Below are positions 35,919 to 46,890 of a stretch of DNA of 51,849 bases, piece by piece (positions within the stretch are counted from its first letter, which is position 1; each line of letters opens with the position of its first letter). The stretch spans positions 1 to 51,849 of the IMG/VR virus record IMGVR_UViG_3300003691_000008. One strand, 5' to 3'. A model generated the notes under the pieces. The model saw nothing but the letters and a program-made list of their open reading frames with translations, searched no databases and had not been told where the DNA came from. The translations under genes were made by a program, and so were the position numbers. The stretch is from a virus. Taxonomy: Duplodnaviria > Caudoviricetes.

Positions 35919-38900
35919 TTTAAAACTAGGTATTGTTTTTGATGTTAAGAACGGCAGATTCAAGTCTGAAGTTAAAGAAAATACTCAAGCGTTCGATAAG
36001 TTCAGCGTTTCTACCGAACAAGCGTCAACAACGACCAAGCATTTTGATAAAAGCTTAGGCCTTTCAAATTTTACCTTAGCGAAAACTAATAAAGTCACTC
36101 AAGCCGTCGGTCGCGGTATAGAGATGATGAAAAAAGAGGTCAAACAAAGCGCCTCTGTTGTCAATGTGTTTGCTAAAGAAGCTCAAGGTGCGGCAACTAA
36201 AGTAAACCAGTTTGATCGTAACACTAAGCAAGTCACGCCTAAGGTTCGAAGCCTAGGTTCATCAACGCAAAAAGCAGCTGGTCAAGCCCGTCAGTTTAAT
36301 GCCGCCATTGACGACACCAATACCAAGTTATTTAAAACCAATAAAGTTGCCACAGGTGTTAAAAACGCTATTGCGGGTCTAGCAGCTGGTTTTGGTGCCA
36401 TTCAACTTGGCAAAGGCTTAGTAACCGAACTCGCTGCCTTTCAAGACATTCGTACCCGTTTACAAGGTCTTTCTACCGATGCATCAGATTATGCCGATAA
36501 AGAACGCTGGTTAATTGATTTAGCTACCGAACATCATAAAGAATTAAACGGCCTAGCTGATGGTTATAGTCGCTTATCGACATTAACCCAAGAAAAAATC
36601 ATCACTGATGGCCAAGCCAGAGACATGCTGGAGGGCTTATCAAATGCAGCGGCACAAAATGGTGCTGGAACGGCTGATTTAGAGCGAGTTTATTACGGTT
36701 TAGCCCAAGCACTTGGCCAAGGCGTAGTGCAAATGCAAGAAGTTAATCAGGTGGTTGAACCCTTACCAGGCTTAATGACTAAATTAGCTCGTGCTGCAGG
36801 TGAAGAGACTGGCGCAGGATTTAAAGCCCTTATTGCTTCAGGCACCATAACCTCTGAAGTGTTCGGCACTTTATTAGTTAAAGCGTTAAGCGAATACGAT
36901 GGCGCTGCCGCTAAAACCGCAGATAACATTAATGCCAAATACCGTGACATTAAACTTGAATATCAATTATTAGCCGTTGAATTAGAACAACCAATTAATG
37001 GTGCCTTATTGCCAACGCTTGATGGTTTAGCTTCGGGGCTATCATTCCTTAAAGACCATGCGACAGCTGTTATTACCATTTTACAAGGGGGTCTTGTTAT
37101 TGCTGCTGGTCATGCGACCACCGCAATTATAGCGAAAACATCGGCTACCGCTAAAAGCATCATTGCTGCACGTATTAGTACGCGAGCATCAAGGCTACAG
37201 GCACAAAGTGAGTACAATTTAGCAGTGGCTTACAAAGCATCTGCTGTAGGTAGTGTACAAAATTCACTTGCAGACAAACGATTAATTGCCAGTAAAACGG
37301 TATTAACTGCTGCAACGAATAAAGCAAACTTCGCCCTTAGAGCGGGTGGTGGTGCGATGGCATTACTTGGCGGTCCAGTGGGTGTTGCTATGTTAGCGGC
37401 TTTTGCTGTTGGCACTTATGCCATGAGCGCTGCTGATGGCGCGAGAGAGAGTACCAACTTAGCCAATAAAGTCAGCTTAGCGAATAAAAAACTGACCGAA
37501 TTAACTACTAAACAATTACGCTTAAGATTGTTCGAACTTGAAAATGATCCCGCGGCAGAAATTGACAAAGTTCGCTTAAAAGCCCTTAAAGCCCAAGAAG
37601 AATATAATAAGGTTCAAGCAGCGCGTGGTTTTAAAAATCCTAATAAAGAATCTGAAAAAACAGTATTGAATCGTGATGTTGAAATTGAAGCATTAGAACT
37701 TAAGCTATCAAAAATAACCACCTTAAAATCCAAAATAGAGACATTACTAGCCAAGCCATCAGAAGGACAAAAGCCAGAAGCACCCACTACCCAAAGCGGC
37801 AAAGTATTAGACGTATTTAAAGACCAAGAAGCCGCTTTTAAAAGACAGCTGAGTTTACTCGGTAAAACCACAGAATTGGCCAAAGCCGAGTATGAAACTC
37901 AGCTAGGTAAGTACAAAGACTTACTCCCAGGTCAAAAAGAAACGATCGTTAATTTGGCTAAAGAAGTTGATGCTAAAAAAGCAAGCATCGCAGCGGATAA
38001 ACAAGCGCTTCAACAATCTGAACAACTTGAACAATCTGCACAAAGTTATGCCGAGACACTCCAGCGAAAATTATCTCTTTCAGGTGAAGTGACTAATGTT
38101 CAACAACTGGCTTATGAGCTAGAGAATGGCAGTTTAATTGGCATTAACGACCAATTAAAAGAGCAATTAATGTTAAAAGCTCAGCTTGCAGATAGAGTTG
38201 AAGCCGATGCCGAAAAACAGTTGCCTTTTTGGGAGCAGATGAATGAGCACATTGCGAGTACTACTGAAAATTTTGATGTGATGTGGGGTAATTCATTTGA
38301 CCGTTTTGCTCAAGGTATTGGTGATGCGACAGCAACGTCAATAATGGAAGGTCAGAGTTTTAGTGATGCCATGAAAAATATTGGTCGCTCAGTTATTAAA
38401 GAAGTAATCTCAGGCATTGTACAAATAGGTGTTAAAAAACTCGCTCTATTTGCCATTGAGAAAGTCATTAATAAAGGCACTGCTACTTCAGCAGCTATGG
38501 TGATGTCGGCTAATGCTTCAGCAACTGCCATGCAGGCTGGTTTAGCTACTTTTGCATCTATTTCGGCTATTCCTGTTCTTGGCCCTGCTGCAGCTCCTGC
38601 TGCCATGACGGCAGCATTAGCGGTGGCAGGCCCTATGGCTGGTGCTATTACCGCTGCTTCAGCAGGTATGGCAGGCATGGCTCACGATGGTATTGACGAA
38701 ATCCCTCGCGAAGGTACCTGGTTACTTGATAAAGGTGAACGCGTAGTTGATAGCCGCACCAACCAAGATTTGAAACAAGCTTTAAAATCTGGAAACAACT
38801 TAGGCGGCTCAAAGGTCACGGTAAACCTTATCGAAGATGCGTCGAAAGCTGGCCAAGTTTCGCAAAGCAAAGGCTTAAACAATGAAGACGTTATCCGCAT

Positions 38901-38982
38901 TTTTGTCGCTGATATTCGTCAAGGTGGTGATAGCGCCGACGCTGTAGAAATGACCTATGGACTACAAAGGGCGGGAACGTAA
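35908..38982 (+). CDS. Tape measure protein
   Basis: 1024 aa, Ala-rich and helical; GLAQALGQG, LLGGPVG, GMAHDGID..PREGTWLL. Confidence 0.92.
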   Translation: MMTDLKLGIVFDVKNGRFKSEVKENTQAFDKFSVSTEQASTTTKHFDKSLGLSNFTLAKTNKVTQAVGRGIEMMKKEVKQSASVVNVFAKEAQGAATKVNQFDRNTKQVTPKVRSLGSSTQKAAGQARQFNAAIDDTNTKLFKTNKVATGVKNAIAGLAAGFGAIQLGKGLVTELAAFQDIRTRLQGLSTDASDYADKERWLIDLATEHHKELNGLADGYSRLSTLTQEKIITDGQARDMLEGLSNAAAQNGAGTADLERVYYGLAQALGQGVVQMQEVNQVVEPLPGLMTKLARAAGEETGAGFKALIASGTITSEVFGTLLVKALSEYDGAAAKTADNINAKYRDIKLEYQLLAVELEQPINGALLPTLDGLASGLSFLKDHATAVITILQGGLVIAAGHATTAIIAKTSATAKSIIAARISTRASRLQAQSEYNLAVAYKASAVGSVQNSLADKRLIASKTVLTAATNKANFALRAGGGAMALLGGPVGVAMLAAFAVGTYAMSAADGARESTNLANKVSLANKKLTELTTKQLRLRLFELENDPAAEIDKVRLKALKAQEEYNKVQAARGFKNPNKESEKTVLNRDVEIEALELKLSKITTLKSKIETLLAKPSEGQKPEAPTTQSGKVLDVFKDQEAAFKRQLSLLGKTTELAKAEYETQLGKYKDLLPGQKETIVNLAKEVDAKKASIAADKQALQQSEQLEQSAQSYAETLQRKLSLSGEVTNVQQLAYELENGSLIGINDQLKEQLMLKAQLADRVEADAEKQLPFWEQMNEHIASTTENFDVMWGNSFDRFAQGIGDATATSIMEGQSFSDAMKNIGRSVIKEVISGIVQIGVKKLALFAIEKVINKGTATSAAMVMSANASATAMQAGLATFASISAIPVLGPAAAPAAMTAALAVAGPMAGAITAASAGMAGMAHDGIDEIPREGTWLLDKGERVVDSRTNQDLKQALKSGNNLGGSKVTVNLIEDASKAGQVSQSKGLNNEDVIRIFVADIRQGGDSADAVEMTYGLQRAGT

Positions 38983-39459
38983 ATGTCACAATTAATATTA
39001 ATTAAATACCCAAGTAACTTACCTTCTCCTTTATTAAGTACACATAGCTTAAAGCAGCAATCAAACCTACTACGGACAAAAATGGACTCAGGCCACGCCA
39101 GAGTTCGCCGTCGTTTTAAATCAGTACCCACCATTATGGCTGCTAGTTGGCGCTGTAAAGCAGAAGAAGCGGCAGTCTTTGAAGGATTTATTACCCACGC
39201 TTTGGGCGGTGGTGTTTCTCGCTTTTTAATGAATGTATTAACCCCACTTGGCGTGATTGAACATGAGGTTAGATTTATTACTAGCCCGTTAGAAGACTAC
39301 CAACCCATTAGCGCCACTTGGTGGGAGTACAAAGCAAAAATTGAAATTAAACGCGTAGTGCTTAATGAAGAGCAAACCGCAAGCGCGTTATTAACGCCAC
39401 AAACAACAGCCCAATTCACCGACGGCGTAAAAGCGTCGATTGAAAGTTATCAGGAGTAA
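38983..39459 (+). CDS. Distal tail protein-like
   Basis: LRTKMDSGHARVRRRF; directly after the tape measure gene. Confidence 0.65.
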   Translation: MSQLILIKYPSNLPSPLLSTHSLKQQSNLLRTKMDSGHARVRRRFKSVPTIMAASWRCKAEEAAVFEGFITHALGGGVSRFLMNVLTPLGVIEHEVRFITSPLEDYQPISATWWEYKAKIEIKRVVLNEEQTASALLTPQTTAQFTDGVKASIESYQE

Positions 39460-39465
39460 AAGAGA

Positions 39466-42400
39466 ATGTCAGATTTTTTTGATTTGGTGGCAAGCTTACA
39501 AGCAAGCGTTGACGATTTAGACAGTATTGTCTCGGGTGGCGATACTGAAACGGTGAGTGTTAATGGCGTGAGTAAGGACACTATCTCCAAAGCAATCAAA
39601 GATAAATTTACAGAATTGCTGACAGGTCAGCGTAGCGGCGTTATTAGTTTTACTACCTATGCCTTATTAGATGCGTATACACCAACAATCGAGCAACGAA
39701 CGGCCTCATTCAAAGTATCTAACGATACCAATACCTCACTTAACGGTTTTTACCATTGGGTAAGCGGTACTGCTTATGTTAAAGATGAAGATTTAGCTAA
39801 TGGAGTTGTTGTGTCTGACAACCTCGATGCAACAAGTGGTGATACTGTATTTACTGCAATAAATAACAGTGAAAGATCGATAGGTATTTTCGCAACAAAT
39901 TTAATGAATAACGGTATCTTTCAAGAAGGGCATTCGGGATGGAATAGCCAACGGTGGACAAGTTTTACGGTAAATGGGGTGTTTATAGGCGAGTCGAGTG
40001 GTGTTGGTTCGTGGTCATATACTCGAAGATACCCACCAATGAGCATCGGAAATCATTACTACTATAGTTATCACATACACACATCAAGAGCGTTGGAAGC
40101 TAGAGTTATTATACAAGGTGCTGAGGATTTACAGGCTATTGATGCGGGTATTTGGACTAGGGTGTCAGGTATTGTGGTTGGCACTAGTGCCACAGGTCAG
40201 GCTTTATTTGGGGCGTACGGTACAGCAGCAGGCGATATTATTAAAATGGATAATATCGTGTTACTCGATTTAACCGCTACCTTTGGCGTGGGTGTTGAGC
40301 CTAGTGTATTAGAAGTTGATACGCTAATGAAAGCATACCAAAATCATTACTTTGATGGTGATGCATCGTTGGTGAATAGTAAAAGTATCATGCCACTCAA
40401 TGATATTAATCGAACTAACTCGATTAATATCACTAAACTAATACCGTTAGCCTCTGGATATTATGACAGTGGCAGTGCCAGGTTGGCAGTGCCACAAAAT
40501 TTGAGAGTGGGCGGTATCAGTGTTTCATACCAAACATGCTTGAACCAATGGCGAGAAGATAGATTTATTTCAAATGACACCGCAAACTGGGATATGGCAA
40601 AATACTGGTTAAGCGAAATAAATAACGTAGACTTATATAAACAAAACACAGGTTACGGTGTAGTAGGCTCAGGCCTATACGTTGACTTGGGTACTGAAAT
40701 TATTGAGTCTTATTCGGGAGATGTGTACTTTGAATTTGTCATGAAAGCATCATCTAATAATCCAACACCTGATTTAACACAGTTATATGGTGTTGGACTA
40801 ACTTCACCATCATCTTTTAAAACTTATCTAAGACGAAGATTTGCCTCACGGTTTGAATTTACAGTATATGACAGCAACGGCACTAGACATATTGCACAAA
40901 TGGATACTGAAGTTGATAAACCAACTCACATGATTATTTTTATTGTTGGGGAAGTGCTTACTTATTGTGTTAATGGCGTGATAATCGGTACCATGCCGAT
41001 AGTCGGGGGCATGAAAGAATACCCAGGCCAATCGGCATGGTTAAGAACACTAGAAAGTACCTACTTATTTAGAGTGGGGAGCACTACCAACATAAACCCA
41101 GAAGAACGCTTTAACAACGGTAAACCATTGGAGTACGTTGCTACAGATGCCATTTATGAAACTAAAACAGACGGTATTAATCCTGAATATTTAAAGGATA
41201 ATGTCAGTAAATTATATTTAGATTATATTGATGCAAGCGCTACGTTAATCACTGAAAACCCATACCCTAATGAGGTTATAGGCTCAGGCCCACCGAGTAT
41301 TATTCCTCAGTTTATCAGGCAACGTTATTTCGACACCTTATCGAAGGTAGAGCACATAGCCTTTGGCCGTGGTACTTTAGCCGATTGGTATTCATTAAGC
41401 ACATCGAGAGAAGTCGATAACAAACAGGAAATACTTGTATCAGGCGCTAATATCAAGACGATTAACAATGTGTCTGTTCTCGGTGGAGGTAATCTTACAG
41501 TCGGTGATGGTGGTGTGTCAGTTGAAACCAAGGAAGCCGAAAATGTCACCGCTTACGGCGCGGTAGGTAATGGCATTGTCAACGATACCGTAGCTATTAA
41601 AGCGGCACAGGCAGTAGCAAAAGTGAGTGGTGTCCCCGTAGTATTCCCCGGTAATAAAGAATACCTTATTACTGAGGGGTTAATTCTGGAAAACGGTATG
41701 GAGCTACTTGCGTTTAGTGGCGCTAAACTTAAAAGACCTGTGCCGGTTACTCAATATTTAGCGGCTGATATGGTTATTGGGCAAACTTTTGCCATTGTTT
41801 CTAACGGCTCTGCCTATGCTGTAGGTGTTGAGTTGGCAATACTCAAGCTAATTAGTGGCGGCGTAACTCACGGAATAATTAATGATATTGTCGGCAATAC
41901 TTTATATTTTACACCGCGGCCTGGCTATTCTGGTGCTGTTGCAAATCACAAAGTCGCAGAAGGTGCGATGGTAACAACTGCTTTTTCGATGGTTACGACA
42001 AACAAAACAGTCGACACAGTAAACAATATTGTTGATGGTTTCAGTTTTGTTACTCAATCACAACCATCTGATCCTGATTATTATTTTTTAGCTATTATTC
42101 ACTTTAATGCTGAAAGTGCCAATGCAACCATTCAGAATAATAAAATAGATGGCTCAGGCTCAGATGGTATATCACTGCAATGTCGTGACCGTATGATATT
42201 TAGGAATAATGAATTAACTGACATTAACACTAATGCAATACATTTTGGCTCAACCGGTACTGAAATTATCATTGATGATAACAAAATAACGAGAGCAGGT
42301 CGAAACGGCGTATTTCATTGCTACAATAACGACAGGGTTACCATTACTAATAATCATTTTACTGAGTGTAAGTGGGGTGTTGCTGAAATGGATTCGCAAG

Positions 42401-42915
42401 ACTTTCTTGGTGATAGGAACTCAATTATTGCTCACAACACTTTTGAAAATTGTGAGTTGGGTATAGGTATCAATGGTGGTTACGGTATAACAATTGACAC
42501 TAATATATTCACAAAAATGGAATTAAACGCGAGAGGTGTAGAAATATCAAGTTCGTATAAAGGTGCTGTAAATGTAAAAGGTAATACTTTTTCTGAGTTT
42601 AAGGCTAACTATGTTGGTGATTGTATTACAGTTAATGATGCTGCGAACTGTAATATTAACGGCAACATAATTAGTGAATTTGTCGGCTCGGGTATACCTA
42701 TTCATTTACAAGATACTAATGGCCAGTGTGACCGCATTATGGTTAGTGGAAATAATATTGAAAGTTCGGGATTGATTGGTATTAAAGCATCAAACACGTT
42801 GAACTGTATGATTTCCCCTAACATCATAAAAGTAGCCACAGGCGGTACACCTGTATTATTAACAGGAACAAACTCAGGCTTGGTAGATTTGGGTAGTGTA
42901 AAAGTAAACTCTTAA
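39466..42915 (+). CDS. Tail spike / receptor-binding protein with parallel beta-helix (depolymerase-like)
   Basis: NVTAYGAVGNGIVNDTVAI pectate-lyase-like entry motif, many I.NN repeats, CBM- and LamG-like middle segments. Confidence 0.8.
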   Translation: MSDFFDLVASLQASVDDLDSIVSGGDTETVSVNGVSKDTISKAIKDKFTELLTGQRSGVISFTTYALLDAYTPTIEQRTASFKVSNDTNTSLNGFYHWVSGTAYVKDEDLANGVVVSDNLDATSGDTVFTAINNSERSIGIFATNLMNNGIFQEGHSGWNSQRWTSFTVNGVFIGESSGVGSWSYTRRYPPMSIGNHYYYSYHIHTSRALEARVIIQGAEDLQAIDAGIWTRVSGIVVGTSATGQALFGAYGTAAGDIIKMDNIVLLDLTATFGVGVEPSVLEVDTLMKAYQNHYFDGDASLVNSKSIMPLNDINRTNSINITKLIPLASGYYDSGSARLAVPQNLRVGGISVSYQTCLNQWREDRFISNDTANWDMAKYWLSEINNVDLYKQNTGYGVVGSGLYVDLGTEIIESYSGDVYFEFVMKASSNNPTPDLTQLYGVGLTSPSSFKTYLRRRFASRFEFTVYDSNGTRHIAQMDTEVDKPTHMIIFIVGEVLTYCVNGVIIGTMPIVGGMKEYPGQSAWLRTLESTYLFRVGSTTNINPEERFNNGKPLEYVATDAIYETKTDGINPEYLKDNVSKLYLDYIDASATLITENPYPNEVIGSGPPSIIPQFIRQRYFDTLSKVEHIAFGRGTLADWYSLSTSREVDNKQEILVSGANIKTINNVSVLGGGNLTVGDGGVSVETKEAENVTAYGAVGNGIVNDTVAIKAAQAVAKVSGVPVVFPGNKEYLITEGLILENGMELLAFSGAKLKRPVPVTQYLAADMVIGQTFAIVSNGSAYAVGVELAILKLISGGVTHGIINDIVGNTLYFTPRPGYSGAVANHKVAEGAMVTTAFSMVTTNKTVDTVNNIVDGFSFVTQSQPSDPDYYFLAIIHFNAESANATIQNNKIDGSGSDGISLQCRDRMIFRNNELTDINTNAIHFGSTGTEIIIDDNKITRAGRNGVFHCYNNDRVTITNNHFTECKWGVAEMDSQDFLGDRNSIIAHNTFENCELGIGINGGYGITIDTNIFTKMELNARGVEISSSYKGAVNVKGNTFSEFKANYVGDCITVNDAANCNINGNIISEFVGSGIPIHLQDTNGQCDRIMVSGNNIESSGLIGIKASNTLNCMISPNIIKVATGGTPVLLTGTNSGLVDLGSVKVNS

Positions 42916-42965
42916 TGTTATATCTTTTATCGTACACAAAATAACGCAATTCATAAGGTTTTAAC

Positions 42966-43478
42966 ATGAGTAATGTACTTCAAACCCTTTACGCCTCTGC
43001 CCCAGTAAATGATTTAATCATTCACACATTGGAGCTAAAAAACCCTGATTTTAACGTTGAGGGACATGTTGTCGGCTCGGTTCATTTAGTGCAAGGTTTT
43101 GATGATGTGACCGCCACGTTGGAAGATGCTACGAGCGCCACATTTAAATCGTCAGGGTTTGGTGTGTCATTGCCGCAAAAATCAATTAAAGGTCGTCAAG
43201 ATTTAAACTTTTCAATTGATAATGTCACCGGTGAAGTGCTTAAAGCCATTGATGCCGCCATTGAGGGAGGTAATAAAATCATTGTTATTTATCGCGCTTA
43301 TGCGGGCAGTGACTTAAGCGCACCAGGGCAACCCCCCATCGTTATGACAGCAACAGCAATTAAAGCGGATTTTTCTTCCGTTAGTATTAGTGCAAGCTTT
43401 CATGATTTAGTGAATAAAGCATGGCCGTTTCGTCGTTATACGCCCAACTTTGCACCGGGGCTTAAATATTATGGTTAA
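42966..43478 (+). CDS. DUF1833 tail tip protein
   Basis: LYASAP...HTLEL...QDLNFSIDNVTG...WPFRRYT..FAPGL. Confidence 0.85.
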   Translation: MSNVLQTLYASAPVNDLIIHTLELKNPDFNVEGHVVGSVHLVQGFDDVTATLEDATSATFKSSGFGVSLPQKSIKGRQDLNFSIDNVTGEVLKAIDAAIEGGNKIIVIYRAYAGSDLSAPGQPPIVMTATAIKADFSSVSISASFHDLVNKAWPFRRYTPNFAPGLKYYG

Positions 43479-43908
43479 TGTTGTTAATAATGTAGTTAAC
43501 AATAGTTTTGTTAGCCAACATTGGGCGGATAGTTACTTAACTATCCCTTATGTTGATGGTGGACGCGATCCTGTTATTGGTCTTGATTGTTGGGGCTTAG
43601 TGCGCGATGTATTGTACCAACATTTCAAATTACCTTTGTTAAAGGACTTTGGCGGTATTCATGCAGATGACAAAGCCAGTATGACGCGTGCTTATCGTCA
43701 CCTTAAAAACGCCTTTTCGCCTTGTAATCCAATAGAGGGGGCTATTGCGGCGGGGTTCAATGGTGACGCGTTAATTCATGTAGGCGTAGTTGTTGAAATT
43801 AACGGCTTGCATGTACTCCATACCAGCTCGAAGCATGGCATGAGTAAATGCAGTGTGCGCCGTTTTAATCGTTTATTCTCAAAAGTGAAATATTATGCTT
43901 ACAAGTGA
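43471..43908 (+). CDS. NlpC/P60 tail tip protein
   Basis: PYVDGGRD..GLDCWGLV...HVGVV...VLHT. Confidence 0.88.
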   Translation: MVNVVNNVVNNSFVSQHWADSYLTIPYVDGGRDPVIGLDCWGLVRDVLYQHFKLPLLKDFGGIHADDKASMTRAYRHLKNAFSPCNPIEGAIAAGFNGDALIHVGVVVEINGLHVLHTSSKHGMSKCSVRRFNRLFSKVKYYAYK

Positions 43909-46399
43909 AACCACAATATTAAAAAAAACTGTTAAACCGCAAATATTGGTTTTCCCAAACAAGTTGGATAATGAACTTTTTGAAACAAATAGTGGTGAAG
44001 TTGGGCAAACATTGCATAGCTGGTTAATTGATAACGTGCCTGCCTATATTGTGCAAGCAGTGCCATTATTTAGCGCTACGTTAAATAACCAGGCATTTGA
44101 GCAGACGCAATGGACGTCATATCAATTAAAATGCGGTGATACGTTAGCGTTAACGGTTGAAGCTAAAGGTTTAGTCATTTCCATGGCCATCATTGCCGTT
44201 ATTGCCGTTGGTGCGGCAGTGTATATGTCAAGTCAAATACCCGACAATTACAACAGCACAACGCCTGATGGCTCCTCTATTTATGATTCAAATGTACAAG
44301 GGAATAGACCACGTTTAATGGGGGTTATTCCTGAATTAGCCGGAAGACATAAAATATTCCCCGACCATTTAAACATGCCACGACGTGAATTCATTGATAA
44401 CGAACAATGGGTTTTCTTAATGTTAGCTGTGGGTGTTGGTGAGCATGAACTGAATGCAAATGAAATTTTTATAGGCGATACACCTGTTATAAATTATGCA
44501 GGTGATATTTTTTATGACATATTCCCACCAGGCGTAGATGTCACTAGCCATGAAGCCTTTAGAAATGTTTATACCAGTGCAGAGGTTGGTAGCACGTCGG
44601 GAACAGCTGGGATTGAATTGAAAGGCATAGTCTCAACCACCGGCGAAGGCTTTATTTGGACGTTTAATGGCAATACTATTACATGTTATAAAAAGCACAG
44701 TATACGCGGCTTAACTATGTTAAGAACCGAAACGTTCCCTTTTCCCGCAGGTAACATGATTACTATTACGGAAAGCGCCGCTAATAATGGCGACTATCGC
44801 GTAGTATCTGATGATGATTATAACGCCACGCTGCAAAAAGTAGATGCGCAAGGTGATGATGATAATTCGTGGACGTCATTTACTACCGCCTCTAAAGTTA
44901 CTGCGGTAATAAATGTTTCGGCGGGTGTAGGTGATGGCGAGTATAACGGCCCTTTTTATTCATGCCCTAAAAACGAAACCACTAACACTATTTGGTTAGA
45001 TTTTAAGTTGCCGCAAGGGTTAGGGGAAATATCAGACGAGGGTGATTTTTTAAGTCGAACTGTTAACATAAACATTCAATACCGAAAAGAAGGTGATATA
45101 GCGTGGACTGATATACCGTATTCCTTTACTAATTCAACCAATGACGAATTAGCTGAAACACTAAAAATTGATTTACCCAGTGCTATTCGCCCCGAAGTGC
45201 AGATAAAACGTGCTACAGGCGCAGAAGATGACACCCGTATTTATGACAAAGTTGAATGGACAGCGCTCAAGTCAGAATTAGATAGCGCCACCAGTTATGT
45301 AGACGTCACAACAATAGCGATTAAAGTTCGCGGCACTAATTCGTTATCAAACTCATCTGAGAATAAATTCAATGTAATTGCTACCCGTAAACTACCTATT
45401 TATATCGGTGGTGAGCAAAATGGCGGATGGACAGCGCCCCAAGCAACCACAGACATTGCCCCATTTTTCGCCCATGTTATTAAAGATGTAGGGCATAGTG
45501 ATCAGCAAATAGGGCTTGATGAAGTATCACGTTTACATAGTGTGTGGCAGGGCCGCAACGATGAATTTAACGCGGTCTTTGATAATGACAGCACCTTGTT
45601 TAATGTCTTAAAAAGAGTGTTGTCGGCAGGCTTTGCTGAGCCAACACTCGACTATGGGCAAATAATCCCCGTACGTGACGAGCCGCGTACGGGCTTTGAT
45701 TACATGTATCAGCCTGAGAACATGAAAACCCCGCTTAAGCGTGAAACAAAACTGTTTGACCCCGACGAGCCTGACGGTATTGAAGTCGAATATTTTAGTC
45801 ATATAACCTGGAAACCTGAAACCGTACTTTGTTTGCTGGGTGATGAATTAGGCATTAAACCTAAAAAAGTGCGTGCTTTTGGTATCACCAATAAAGCTAA
45901 AGCGTGGCAATTCGGTATGCGTAAACGCCGAGAAATACGTTATCGCCGCACTAAATATAATTTCACCACTGAAATGGATGCGCTTAACAGTAGTTATTTA
46001 AGTTATGACGCATTGGCCGACGACATACCAGGTTATTCGCAAACGGGTAAAGTGATTGGTGTTAAGGGTAGAGAACTTGCACTAAGTGAGCCGCTTGAAT
46101 GGAACAGTGGGACACATTTTATATCACTACGAAAACCCGATGGTACGTTATCAGGACCCTATATTTGCACCGTGAATAGTGTTGAAGACAGCGTACTACT
46201 AACAACCGACTTAGACTTTACCCCAGATTGTTCGGGCCGGATGGAATTATCAATCTTTCAATTTGGTGTGGCTAATAGATGGTGTTTACCTGCGCTAATC
46301 ATGGACATTAAACCCAGTGGCACAGAGAAAGTGAGCGTAACAGCCGTTAATTATGATGCTCGGGTTTATGCGGATGATGATAATTCGCCGCCTGTGTAA
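43895..46399 (+). CDS. Tail tip / host-specificity protein (J-like)
   Basis: IPELAGRHKIFPD, VIATRKLP, PVRDEPR, ends AVNYDARVYADDD. Confidence 0.85.
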   Translation: MLTSETTILKKTVKPQILVFPNKLDNELFETNSGEVGQTLHSWLIDNVPAYIVQAVPLFSATLNNQAFEQTQWTSYQLKCGDTLALTVEAKGLVISMAIIAVIAVGAAVYMSSQIPDNYNSTTPDGSSIYDSNVQGNRPRLMGVIPELAGRHKIFPDHLNMPRREFIDNEQWVFLMLAVGVGEHELNANEIFIGDTPVINYAGDIFYDIFPPGVDVTSHEAFRNVYTSAEVGSTSGTAGIELKGIVSTTGEGFIWTFNGNTITCYKKHSIRGLTMLRTETFPFPAGNMITITESAANNGDYRVVSDDDYNATLQKVDAQGDDDNSWTSFTTASKVTAVINVSAGVGDGEYNGPFYSCPKNETTNTIWLDFKLPQGLGEISDEGDFLSRTVNINIQYRKEGDIAWTDIPYSFTNSTNDELAETLKIDLPSAIRPEVQIKRATGAEDDTRIYDKVEWTALKSELDSATSYVDVTTIAIKVRGTNSLSNSSENKFNVIATRKLPIYIGGEQNGGWTAPQATTDIAPFFAHVIKDVGHSDQQIGLDEVSRLHSVWQGRNDEFNAVFDNDSTLFNVLKRVLSAGFAEPTLDYGQIIPVRDEPRTGFDYMYQPENMKTPLKRETKLFDPDEPDGIEVEYFSHITWKPETVLCLLGDELGIKPKKVRAFGITNKAKAWQFGMRKRREIRYRRTKYNFTTEMDALNSSYLSYDALADDIPGYSQTGKVIGVKGRELALSEPLEWNSGTHFISLRKPDGTLSGPYICTVNSVEDSVLLTTDLDFTPDCSGRMELSIFQFGVANRWCLPALIMDIKPSGTEKVSVTAVNYDARVYADDDNSPPV

Positions 46400-46458
46400 T
46401 GGCGTAATAAATACAATGTATTTACTAAGTAAGTATTAAATAACTCTTTGGAGGGTTT

Positions 46459-46878
46459 ATGGGTTTTTTTGATGGTTGGTTATCTGGCCCCGCTTCACCT
46501 ATTGAGGCAATAGGCAAAGCGGGTGATTCTTTATTTACTTCCGACGAGGAACGTTTGCAGTTAAGTAATGATTTAGAAGAGATAAAGCAAAAGCCGCATT
46601 TAATGCAAGCTTTAGCGAATGTTACCGCCGCAAATCATAGAAGTGTTTTTGTTGCGGGTGGCCGTCCGGCGCTTTTATGGGTTGCTGCGCTCGGGTTGTT
46701 TTTCTTTTTTCCTGTCAAATATGCTTTTGGCACTATGTTATGGATAAGGCATTCTTGGGATGCTGATAAGTTGTTAGCTTTTCCGTTTTCGGGGGATGGA
46801 TTAATGGAGTTGGTTGGCATGTTGTTGGGGCTTGGGCTTATGCGAACAGCCGAAAAATTAACAGGTAAAGCTAAGTAA
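46459..46878 (+). CDS. 3TM-family holin
   Basis: LFTSDEER, HRSVFVAGGRPALLWV, MLLGLGLMRTAEK. Confidence 0.85.
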   Translation: MGFFDGWLSGPASPIEAIGKAGDSLFTSDEERLQLSNDLEEIKQKPHLMQALANVTAANHRSVFVAGGRPALLWVAALGLFFFFPVKYAFGTMLWIRHSWDADKLLAFPFSGDGLMELVGMLLGLGLMRTAEKLTGKAK

Positions 46879-46890
46879 CCAAGCAGTGCA

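Noticed and set aside
35970-36370. Internal repeats at the tape-measure N-terminus
   Set aside because: Degenerate helical repeats are normal for tape measure proteins
39466-46399. Diversity-generating retroelement or invertible tail-fibre segment
   Set aside because: No reverse transcriptase, invertase, template/variable repeat pair or flanking inverted sites seen
46420-46445. Third late promoter before the holin (TTTACTAAGTAAG)
   Set aside because: Only TTACTAA matches; the dyad and downstream conserved block are missing
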